Source: Adineta vaga
Taxonomy: Eukaryota > Animalia > Rotifera
DNA length: 64,000 nt
Reading direction: 5' to 3'
Assembly (NCBI GenBank): GCA_021613535.1
Contig: CP075492.1
Coordinates: forward strand, 4,154,001-4,218,000
The notes under the pieces were generated by a model. The model was given only the letters and a program-made list of their open reading frames with translations. It had not been told where the DNA came from and did not search any database. Positions within the stretch are counted from its first letter, which is position 1. Every line of letters starts with the position of its first letter. A program made the translations under genes and the position numbers. Below, piece by piece: positions 1 through 11,183 of the stretch.

Positions 1-23
1 ATCATACTTTCTCAAAATTTTAG

Positions 24-297
24 CATATTTAACCTATGAAATCAAAGGTGATACAATTGACTTTCAACACACTTATGTTCCACCGAATTATCGTGGCAAA
101 GGCCTTGCTGAAAAACTCGTTCTAGTAAGATTATCTTCTTGCAAAATACATGTTCTATCATTCGATATTTTCTTGTTTAGAGTGCATTAGATTATGTTGA
201 AAAAGAAAAATCTATTCAAAAGATCACACCATCATGTTCCTATGTTGCTAAATTTTTAACACATGTTCCACAATATGCTCGCTATTTGGCTAAATAA
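24..297 (+). CDS. NATD1/YjdJ-like small GNAT acetyltransferase, 3' part (exons 24-124, 181-297; 5' end outside the window)
   Basis: Spliced translation AYLTYEIKGDTIDFQHTYVPPNYRGKGLAEKLVL/SALDYVEKEKSIQKITPSCSYVAKFL carries the HTxVP..RGxG and PSCSYV family motifs. GT-AG intron 125-180. Confidence 0.8.
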
Positions 298-329
298 ATC
301 ATTCGTTTTCTTCCTTTACTTTATTTTAG

Positions 330-1052
330 ATGACTACTATTCGTTTGAAACTTCCATCGAATTTATATCGTCCATGGAAACCGTTATATCGTCAACGATC
401 GAAAAAACAAAAAGATCCACCTGCACCTTATACACCATTAGAACAACAAATCTACGACCATGCAAAGATTAAATTTGATCAAAGAGTTAATATATTAAAA
501 TCGATATTTGCAAAAGAAAGTCAATCATTATCAACGAAATCTCGATTTGCTCAACTGCAATTGAAAGCAGAAGAACAAGAATTTAAACAATTGATTAATA
601 TGGTCAAGTAAGTTGTTTTCATTCTTAGAATAGTTATTAAGTTCATTTGGATTTTTTGTTCTAGTCAAGAGAATGAACGTTTACTTGCTATGCGTCGTGA
701 AGATGAACGTGTTGCAGTTGAAGAAGAAGAACGAATTCGATCACAAGTTCTTAACATCTTATCTGAAAAACAATTTCGTGAACATTTAAATATCGAAGAC
801 GAAGTGAAACAAATGAAAGCAGAATCTCGTTCATGGATTAATCCAAATGATCTATCACGAGAAATTGAACGAATGCTCAATGAAAAGCATGATTATAATT
901 TTTCAATTGATTTAGCGGGTAAAAGACGAACACAAACAGGAAAAGAAATTCCTGATGATACCAAACCAAAACTAGTTTCTATCTCATCATTTGAATCGGA
1001 ACCAAAGATTGTTGCAAGAAAACCGCCTGGTGCTTCAAAATATGAAGAATAG
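330..1052 (+). CDS. MRPS26: Mitochondrial ribosomal protein S26-like (intron 608-664)
   Basis: Basic N-terminus, long coiled coil, and C-terminal SRSWINPNDLSREIERMLNEKHDYNFSIDLAG resembling the MRPS26 FIT.ENL...IE.AL.....YN.AI...G motif. Confidence 0.7.
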
Positions 1053-1203
1053 AATATGTTTTTCTTTTTCAAATAAAAAACAGTTACTGATTGTTACCGT
1101 TGTTAGGAGAATGTTAGCGAACATTTGTGTTTTTCTTTCAGATAAGTATGAAAGAGAATTTCTCGTTCAACGTCTGGTTGTACTAATCAAATTAAAACAA
1201 GAA

Positions 1204-1485
1204 ATGGAAAGAAAAAGAAAGATTCACCGATGAGAAAATCAAAGAATCGTCGTCAAGTGATGATGATGAACCAATTCGAACACCAGTGCAATTAAAAATC
1301 GAAGTACGATGTTTAAAGATACCGAATATTCGTTCTCATGAGTTTGTATTTTTTCTGTCTAGTTTCTTAATTCAATTATGGTTCGGCAATGGGAATTGGC
1401 AAAGAAGCTGTGTCAATTTATGTTAATGTTCAAGCACCGAAACCAGTCAATGCTTCTTTATCACGCAAATGTACACATCATTAGT
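1204..1485 (+). CDS. ERICH2-like small protein, apparently frameshifted near its start; both ends uncertain
   Basis: SSSDDDEPIRTPVQLKIE/FLNSIMVRQWELAKKLCQF across a GT-AG intron (~1304-1362) resembles ERICH2 APLEL..EFL......Y.LAKKLCQ. The ATG at 1204 is one base out of frame. Confidence 0.4.
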
Positions 1486-2059
1486 GATAACATAAAAACA
1501 AATAATATTCTCGTCCATTTTAATATAATTTTGTTTGTTTTTCTAAACATATTTTTTTCAATTCAAAATAGATCTCAATCGAATATTTTACACTCCATAA
1601 ACTATAGCTCACATTCTATTCCTATTTATATAACTACTTTGATAAGAAAAACCATAAAAATTCTGCTGGAAATTTATGAAAGAATACTGGATAAATATGT
1701 AACATTAAAACCTGCTTCTTCTGCTTTAAAAAGGTTGAGAAAGAAAGTTCATTCAACTTCTCCGAGTAACGAACAAAATCAAACTTTCTATAAATCTTCA
1801 ATTATAATGATGACATCTTATATTATAAAAAACATGGTTTTATTTATCTTTTTCATTAGATAGAGAAATGATGTCAAGTAAGTCTTTAGAGAGAGATCTA
1901 CGAGATGAAATAATATTAATAAATATAGATATGAAATTTCTTTCTAAACAAAAAGTGTGGCTACTTTCTCTTCTTCACAGTATACATATAAATTGATGAA
2001 CTAAATTTTTCGTCTTGTTGAAATCAATCACGCAGTTTAGGAAGTATTCTTTAAGTTTA

Positions 2060-3540
2060 TTGGAGGCGTGAATAAAAAAAGATCATTAGATAGTACTGAA
2101 GCCAAATAACAATGTTCTACAAATCAAAAAGATGCTGTTTTTGATATACAACTCCTAATTGGTCAAAAATTCGATGATCCCATCGTACAAGCTAGGATGA
2201 AATATTCATCCTTTAAAGTTATTAATCACAATAATAGATTAAATATTGAAGTTGAATTCAAAAATGAAATAGAACGGTTCACATCCGAAGAAATAAGAGC
2301 AAAAATAAAGGATATTGCTGAAACTTATTTTGTTCAAAGATTTCTGATGCTTTTACCACTGTTCCAGCATTTTTTAATCTCGATGGAGGAATGTTGAATG
2401 TATCAATATTCAAAATCGATAATGGAATATCTGAAATGCTAAGTACAGTAACTCAATTACATATAATTGGTGAAGATTTTCATAATCGAATGATTACATA
2501 TTTTGTCAATGAATTTCGTATAAAAAATAACATCGATTTATCAAAAAATATACATGCACTTCGTCGTTTACATAAGGCTTGTGAACGTGTCAAAGTAAAT
2601 GATTGTAGTGAAAATTTCAATAGCATATTTTATCAACTTCTTTTGATGCTTATATAGAAATTCATTCTATTCATGATGAAATCGATTTTTATTCTAAAAT
2701 AACTCGTACTCAATTTGAAGAACTCAATGAGGATTTATTTAGTTCAATGATTGAACCTATTGAGCAGGTTCTAAACGATACTAAACATATACCGAAAAGT
2801 CAAGAACTACTACAAGATTACTTCAATGAAAAATAATTTAGTCATACAATAAGTCCAGACGAAATTGTTATCTATGGTGCTACTATAGAAACAGCTGTTA
2901 TTTTCGGATACCGATCAGAACAACTAGATGAAATACTGACTATTGACATAACAACATCCACAGTGGTGAGTTTAGTTAAAAACTATACTTTTCACTGTGT
3001 TATATTGCACAATTATGAGTATAGTATAAGCTAAACATTTGTTGCTTTATAAAGTATACGGAAACCTCCGATGGTATTAGAACACCAGTAATCAAACGTA
3101 ACACTGCGGTTCCAAATCGTTCAGGTCAAACTAATATTGAAATTAAATTTTTTCAAGGTGAACAGACGAAAGCACAAGATAATCATTATCTGGGACGTTT
3201 TAAAATCCCTATTTTCCCAAGACTTGATGGTATATCAATATTCGATATAAGCTTTTGTATATTGACGAAAACGGAATTGTAAGTGTCAGTGCTGCAGATA
3301 AATATTTTTCAAGGGATTATCAGATTGCAAGAGAGATTTATAAAGAATGTTTATCAAGAGATAAAATTGAAGTTGTAGCTAAAGATGTTGAAAATCATAA
3401 GCGAGAAGATAAATTACGACGTGATCAAATCCGAACATTAGTTGCAATTGAATCAATTGGTTACAATATCAAAACAAGAATCTATGAAAAAACATTAGTA
3501 AATAAAATACAAGAATACAAGAACTTGAAGAGAAATTAAA
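2060..3540 (+). pseudogene. Degenerate HSP70 pseudogene
   Basis: Colinear HSP70 fragments (VFDIQLLIGQKFDDPIVQ, GEDFHNRM..FV.EF, ALRRLHKACER, IDFYSKITRTQFEELNEDLF, IDENGIVSVSA). Premature TAA at 2107-2109 where HSP70 has AKNQ, plus deletions and frameshifts. Confidence 0.8.
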
Positions 3541-3908
3541 GAAACTGGAAGATATAATGTGATGTTATGTTGTGTTGTCAAGACAGTTAGTAAAACGTTT
3601 CACTGGAATAATCGAGATATAAATTCATTCTTTTTTTATTTGTCAATCATTGATCAAATAGATTTTATTCTAAGTATACAGTTTACAGTTTAGAAATGAG
3701 ACTAACTAACGAAAAAAGAATTAGACCTTGTACTTTTGCGTTCTTAAGTATGAAAGTACGTTGCTTACGGTCTAAAAATATTGATCGTACGAAGGAAAAA
3801 TGAAGAGAGAAAAAGAAAAACGTGTTTCACATGGTAGGAGACGACGACAATAAGACAATAAATATTATGAAAAAAACAAAAATCAATTTTATGTAGGTAA
3901 AACAAATA

Positions 3909-5067
3909 ATGATAGCAAGTAGAATCCTGAAAAAATTTATTTTCTTCGTTGTGATTGCAGCTGTTGCTGTCCCATTACGATATGGCTCAACAAATCCTAA
4001 ATATGTTTTACTACGGTTAATACATTCGGCACTAACATTAAAAAATTGCTTTGTTGCTGATCAAAATCGACCAACACTCAGTCCAGCTTATCGTGCTTTT
4101 GAAGAAATATTAAAGTCCACTAAAGAACCGCCTCATGATCCATTAGCAGATACATTGACAACGATTCAACAACAACGTGCAAGTTTTCCATTTGTTGATA
4201 TAATTCCTAAACCGGGTCAATGTCAAATTACAAAGGAAATATTTATACATGGTGGACACAACGTAGATGCGTATTGGGTTGATCATCGTCAGAAACATTC
4301 ACAGAAAAGATCCGATAAAATCATACTCTATTTTCATGGCGGAAGCTATACATTAGGAGATATTCATTGTAAGTTATTCTATATCGTTACAGATATAAGT
4401 GATACATTCCGACATTTTGATAGCTTATAGTGGATCTGAATGTCATTATTCTAAACTATTCAATATGACTATTCTTCATTTGGAATATCGTCTTATTCCT
4501 GAGCACCCTGTGCCTTCTGCTGTTGAAGATGCAGTAGCTATCTATCGTGCACTTCTTGCTCAGGGCATTGAACCATCTCAAATCTTTATTATGGGTGATT
4601 CAGCTGGAGGTGGGCTCGCTCTCTTAACAATTCAGTATTTGATTACTCATCAATTGTCTGTTCCACATGGTGTTGTTGTCCTAGCACCATGGACTGATCT
4701 TTCATTATCTGGTGAAAGTTATACACGAAATCGTCATACGGATGCTATGTTCAATTCAGACCGCACAAAATGGGAAGTTAAAGTGGTCGTGGATACTTAT
4801 GCATCGAAATTACCACCAAACGATCCAATATTTAGTCCACTTTTTGGTTCATTCAAAGGATTTCCACCAATGTATGTGAATGTTGGTACAGCTGACACAC
4901 TAGAAGATGATGCAAGAGGAGTCGTCAAAAAAGCACAAGAAGCAGGCGTTAGTGTTACATTCGAAGCAGGTTTACATCTGATGCATGTTTATCCAGCATT
5001 CTTTGATTACTTTCCTGAAGCACGTCAGACTCTTGATAATATAAACAAATGGATTCATTCAATTTAA
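3909..5067 (+). CDS. Alpha/beta hydrolase, HSL (Abhydrolase_3) family esterase with N-terminal hydrophobic anchor (intron 4369-4423)
   Basis: YFHGGSY oxyanion motif, LEYRL.PEHP.P, GDSAGG nucleophile elbow, downstream Asp and His (LMHVY). Confidence 0.9.
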
Positions 5068-5923
5068 TCACTGGTTATACGAAACCCAACGATATTATAA
5101 TATTCCTAAAACTAAATTCATCTAACTATATTGTGTTATCTTTTCGAAAATATACTTTCCCACATATAGTTTCTTAAAAATCGTATGAATCGTACACATT
5201 CATAATTATCTATATTCGATTATAAAAGAAAAAAATTGACAATTTATTTCGTCAAACATTATTCAAGTAGAATAACAAACGATGAAACAACGTCTTGATT
5301 TCTTGTGATAATAGTAAATCTGTTTTTCTATTTCTATCTTAGATTATGGAAATAGTATGATCATACCGTTTTTGATTTGCTGACAAAAGTATCGATTACA
5401 AACGAAAGCTTTTTTTAGTCATCTTTTTCTTAGATAGAAACAAAGATATAATTCATAGGAAAATTTGTTTATAAGATGAAATTCTAATAATTATCAATCA
5501 GAATTACAAAGGCATCGTCATTCGTTTCATATATGATTAAGAAAATGTTATTTCTTCTACAGTTACTGTTTTCTTTCGATATTTCAAACAAGTATGAAAT
5601 TACCTTTTTTTTCTCCTTTTTCTGCTCAAACAGGTGACGTCATATCTTGCGTAAGTCTTATGTAAATCTCAAGAACTAGCAAAGTTAAGCAGAACATTAA
5701 TTAAATCCGCCATACTTTTCTTTTCGAACTTATAAATTCTCCACGCAACTGCTTTCGTTGTTAGATTATGTTTTGTGAGACATTACTCGGTAAACATTAT
5801 TTTTATTTTCGCTTGTCTTTCTTTTTTAAATAATGAAAGAGAACGATTATTGTCTATTCTTCTGACTTGTGAATACCTCTGAAAAATTTCTGTTAACAAT
5901 TTTATTCTAGATAGCTACTGATT

Positions 5924-8072
5924 ATGGCTAACACAGACGTTTTACCAGCGATACCAACTTCATTCATTTATGAAGCTTTGGTCGAACAAGTTCAAGCGAT
6001 ACAAAATCAAGCGATAGAATTTGAAAATATTCTTGCTGAACGATGGCAAAATAATAAAGATATGCGAAAAGAAGTCAAATGTCATTCATACACTTTTATC
6101 GATCCATATGGAAATGAAATGATCGAAGAACATATGGATCACGAAGCAACGAATAGTATCGTTCGAAAATTGAAGAAAAATTATGTACCAAAATATTTGA
6201 AAAATTGGATTCAAATTGGTATATTGAATGCAAATGGTTTATCTGCTCTCAATGATGGTGATCTGAAATCAACAGTATCAAATTATGTTGATGATTGTCA
6301 ATTTGTTGCCTTTGGAGAAATTAAAGTTTGGCTTGGACGTTATGACACTCTCTCACCACAGAAAATCGATGTTAAAGTTCGTCTAACAGATAATTTAGAA
6401 AAAATCCTATTTCGAATTAAAGAACAACATCAATTTACCAATATTGAATTACGATTAGGTGATATAGGTCAAACAGCTGTGCCAACTATAGAAAATTGGA
6501 ATGCTGGTGCAGCACTCAAATCAGAAGACACAATTTTATCTCGTCGAGTATATCAAGATAACTATATTATCATGGCTAAAATCATACAAGAAGCCAATGT
6601 AATTATCTTGTATATTTTTGAAAAAAAATTTCTTCTTCTTTGTATTAATCTAATCGTAGGCATCGAATTCAGATACTGCTTTTGATTTGTTTATTCAAAC
6701 TCTAACTGGGAAACAAGTTCAACTAATTGTTAGTCCTACAACAGATATAACGATGGTAAAAGAATTGATACAAACAAGGGAAGGTATTCCTCCAGATCAA
6801 CAACGTTTCATATATGCTGGCAAACAATTGGAGGATGATAGAAAATTATCAGACTATCATATTCCAAATGGAGCGGTCATTCATCTTGTGCTTCGTTTAC
6901 GAGGTGGAATGTATCATTTTACCAGTGGTCGACAAGATTTCAGTCAACTACCTAATGGATGTGGTAATGCTATTCAAAATGTTCTTACATTTGAAACGAA
7001 AGATATTGATGATATTCATCAATTATCATCGACTGATTTGCAAGAATTTGTCATGCAAGCAAATCTTCTACTAACATCTTTACATCGCAAAACGAAAGAG
7101 ATTTATATAGCACGTAATCTTCCAGATTTGAAAGCTATGATCTTACCAACACCTGTCGATGATGCAGAAGACAGTGAAGGTGAAGATGATGATGATGAGA
7201 ATACTTCTAATGATCAATGACTATTATTATCACAAAAACAACTTCGAGTCTATCGATTATTAGAACGTCACATCCTCAAAGATCTACTCATCAAAGAAGA
7301 ACAACTAAGACTCTCTCCACAAACACAACAACTATTATCATCCATTCAAGATCGAACCGATATTGATTGGATGGACGTCATTGCTGATCTACAAACCAAT
7401 TTGATCAAAGAAGCTATTGGTCAAGATGCAAATGATCAAGAAATTCAACATGGTTTAAATATTTTGAGAAGTGCTCATCAAATCTATTCAAATGATGATG
7501 AATTTCATGATCTTTCTCTCTATGTTCGACATAATCGTGCACGACAAGGTCATCTCGAAGTTGGTGATCCATCACCTGATGTTCAACTACTGAATATGGA
7601 TCAACAATTTGTATCATTATTATCTCATTGTCATTCTCCTCATCGACCATTGTTAATCATTGCTGGCTCATATACATGACCTCCATTTCGTGGTGCTGTA
7701 CCACAACTTCATCAACTCATGGATATGTACAAAGATCGTGTTGATATGGTGACTGTCTATATCGAAGAAGCACATGCATCAGATGAATGGCCAATTGGCA
7801 GTCGAATCTGTTATGTTCAACCGAAAAGTGATGCTGATCGATTGAAGATTGCTACAGATTTCATCAAAGCAACCGATTATCGAATACCAATGTTGATCGA
7901 TCCAGTATCACTTGGTAATCCATTTAGTAAAGAATATAATCCATGGCCAATTCGATTTTATGTAGTGGATGGAATGAAACGATTGAGTTATATAGGTGCA
8001 CCGATTGAAGGATCATATCCATTGGAATTAATCAGAAATGCATTGGATGAAGCGATTCAACAATGTCAATAG
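5924..8072 (+). CDS. Ubiquitin-domain / iodothyronine-deiodinase-like selenoprotein fusion, copy A (exons 5924-6598, 6660-8072; in-frame TGA at 7218-7220 and 7677-7679; 695 aa if both are read through)
   Basis: After the phase-0 intron 6599-6659, ORFs 6687, 7371 and 7719 share one frame and are separated only by single TGA codons. Ubiquitin domain ends HLVLRLRGG. Deiodinase motifs [14 protein letters not shown] and [17 protein letters not shown] in the 3' UTR. Confidence 0.85.
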
Positions 8073-8135
8073 AGGGTGATTGTGTGATAGATATCGATGA
8101 TGATGATGATAAAATTGTGATACGTAAAACAATTA

Positions 8136-8186
8136 ATGATATTTTTCGTTGAAAGTATATAGCTAATATACAGACGATAAATTGAT
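8136..8186 (+). promoter_or_regulatory. Type II SECIS element, copy A
   Basis: AUGAU-AUUUUUCGUU-G-AAA-GUAUAU-AGCUA-AUAUAC-A-GACGAUAAAU-UGAU: UGAN/NGAN core, 10-bp helix II, unpaired AAA and apical mini-stem, about 65 nt after the stop codon. Confidence 0.9.
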
Positions 8187-9285
8187 CCAGCTCGTGTTTG
8201 CTTGTTACAATGTTATACATCATCGTTTTCGTTTTACTTTATTTAAGAATTATGAATAAAATTTATTTTCCTTTCCTATTTGAAAAGATCAAAATAATAA
8301 ACATATAGTACATGTGTAAAATTTCAAAATGTGATTCAGTTTGTGTCATTCGCACTAATTTAGTACAATAGGTAACTTGAAAAACAGTTATTGAAGTCAA
8401 TAATTTAATGCCGTAAAAATAATTATGGTTAGTTTAATCTTAAAAGTCTACTACTACAGTGATTTCATAATTCATATATTCCAAATACTCACATTGAGAA
8501 GCAAATTTCCAACGAAACAAGTAAACTTGTTTTTCTTCTTTTCATCACTTCTTCTGTATGTTATTCTACCAGCTACCTTAAAAAAACAAGCGATGTTTAA
8601 AATGTGCAGAATAGATTTGTACACATCGCAACTGAGTTTTAACTATTCGAAAAGAAAAAGAAGAACGAAAGAATCCATCGACATATAAAATGTTGTGTCT
8701 ACTCTGTAATGAAACAAAATAACAAAAAAACACTGAAAGTAAGTAATGTTTAATTTTTTTTTCTTTTGCTGCAGAACTTTTAATAGACTATTCCTCCAGA
8801 CAAGCGATTCCTTTCGCGGAAAGATGTAAATGATCTGAGCAATCGACTAAAATGTGTAGGAAACTGACTTCATTGAAGTTTGAAATATACAGACATATGA
8901 AGAACCTTCTCCAATTTATGATAATTAGGATGGAACCAGTTCATCCTTACCTTGCACATCAGCAGAGATGATCTTGAAAACATGATTTTTATATTTACTC
9001 GGTCTTGACATCACATACCTTTAAAAGACTTCTGAAAAAATTTGTGGGATTGACCGCACTCTTTTCTTTGCAAAAATGCAACTGATCGTGCATTTTGAGA
9101 TAGTTTATAAATTTTCTGATATCGAGGAGAAACAGGCGGATCTACCATTTTCCCGAATTTTACACAGTTTTCTCTTTTTCATTGATTCATGTTGATGAGT
9201 AAATCTATCGCTTTCTAAAATGACCCCTCTCTTTTGTAGAAGATCTATTCTACTTTATACATTCGAAAAACTTTTGAACACGAAC

Positions 9286-11183
9286 ATGGCAACAGGTGGA
9301 AGTATTAATGTACAGCAACGTGTGCGCGTATCAGATATAGCTAAGGAGCCACAAAAAATGCTTATGCCAATACGTGGCTATGAGAAAATGCCGTTAGTAT
9401 CGTTGGAAGAAGCGGTAGCACCGCTTGTTTCTATATTACCTGAAGTTCAAGACTACGTCTATGTAGCGAAACAACGATGTGAGGACGAACCGGCTGATGG
9501 TTTAACAAAAGATGAATCAGCATCAATCATGTTGTATTCTATGGAATGGGAACCACACGAAGAATGTTTGTATTTTAGTTTAAATGCAACTCTTCGTGCT
9601 GAGGATCGACGAAAACTGAAACCATGGTTCTTGTATTTGAAGTTGGTCCTCACAGCATTGGAGAAATTACCCTCGAAGCAACGGGTTATTTTTCGTGGAG
9701 TAAATATAGATTTAAGCAACATGTACACAAAAGGAAAAACATTTATTTGGTGGGGATTTTCTTCATGCACAACATCACTAGAAGTGCTCGAAAATGAACA
9801 ATTTCTGGCTAAAGCTGGTGAAAGAACATTGTTTACTATTCATTGCGATAGTGGAAAAGATATTAGCCGTCACTCTTATTACGCATCAGAAAAAGAGATC
9901 CTTTTGCTCGCTGCTCGACAATTTACTGTAGAATCTTGTCTTCGACCAGCACCTGGACTTCATATGGTTCAAATCCAAGAAACTCGATCACCAATTACTC
10001 TTTTACCGCAGGCTACTAATGAAGCTGATAAAATTAAGCTACCATCAAGTAAGAGAAAAGTATTTTTATTATTTGATACCTTCAATACCGTGAAAAAAAT
10101 AGTATTTAGAGAAAATTCTAGACAGATTTGAAGAGATATTGTAAAGTCCTTTGTGTTAGAATTGTAAAAAATAGGTCTTATTTGAATTATTTTTAATTAC
10201 TATTGATAGGTTCAGAAGTTAACAAAATACAAGCACCAGTTCATTTTGCAGGTCCATCAAAGCCGACGAACGAAACCAAATATACAAAACCGAGTATGTT
10301 AGAATTGAAATACTAATAATAATACTAACATTTGATGAATAATTTTCATAATTATGTTTATCTAAACGAATCGCATTACATTGAGTATTCTAAGAGAAAT
10401 ATAAAAGACGTACCATGAAAATGACATAAATGATTTTCAACAAAGAGTTTATGTGATTTCGGTTATTCCCTATTCTCTAGTAATAATTAACTGACTTCTT
10501 CACTAGTTTCAGTACATAGAAGGAATAAATCTGCAACATACTATCATGTGAATATTTAAATAGATTATACTATCTACTTCATATATTTCTTTTTGAAAAA
10601 CATATTATTTAATCACTTTCGGACTATATGGAAAGGACGTCTGGCAAGAAAGCAACGAAATGTAAAGACATATTTTTAGATTTTCGTTGACGTAATTTCA
10701 TACATACATTTAATAAAAATGATTCAATGATTTAATTTTCAATGACTAAGTAAACATTAAGACTACTCTTTGTAACCTTATTAATAGGGCTCGATAATGT
10801 GCTACATGGTATCAAGGTCGTTATTTTACTATCCGTTGTGAAACTTAAACCATCTAGATATATTATGTACTGTAGCAATTAAACTAAAAATAGATTAGAA
10901 TATTGCATTGCTGCGAACGAAAGTTTACTACTTACATAATTCAGTAATTCTTCCACAGAATCACTTAAGATACCTACTGATCCCCAGTCGAACTGCACTG
11001 ATGCATGTCAAATAGACTATATTAGAGACAAAAAATATTTTAATAAATTTTTAATTATTTTATATTTGTACTTTCTATTTAGAAAAACAAGAATTTGCTG
11101 AACCTAATGCCTTTAAAAAGCTCCGTAAAAATCGTTTATATTACATTGGATCATTTTCCATCAAAGCAGCCTGTGTCATCTAA
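9286..11183 (+). CDS. Mono-ADP-ribosyltransferase, R-S-E (ARTC) class; exon 9286-10048 firm, downstream exons 10210-10293 and 11083-11183 tentative
   Basis: VIFRGV (Arg), WWGFSSCT (S-x-S/T) and SEKEILL (E-x-E) catalytic motifs. Phase-compatible GT-AG junctions continue the frame. Confidence 0.8.

Noticed and set aside
7217-7220. ATGA stop-start reinitiation for the deiodinase part
   Set aside because: The ATG at 7217 is in a different frame and closes at a TGA near 7364; the conserved frame is the one continuing through the UGA.
7414-7650. Antisense ORF conserved in both copies (also 28168-28404)
   Set aside because: Shadow of near-identical sense coding sequence.
7218-7679. In-frame TGAs as pseudogene lesions or sequencing errors
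   Set aside because: Both occur at identical codons in two paralogs, one at the known Sec site, with covarying SECIS elements and a synonymous bias downstream.
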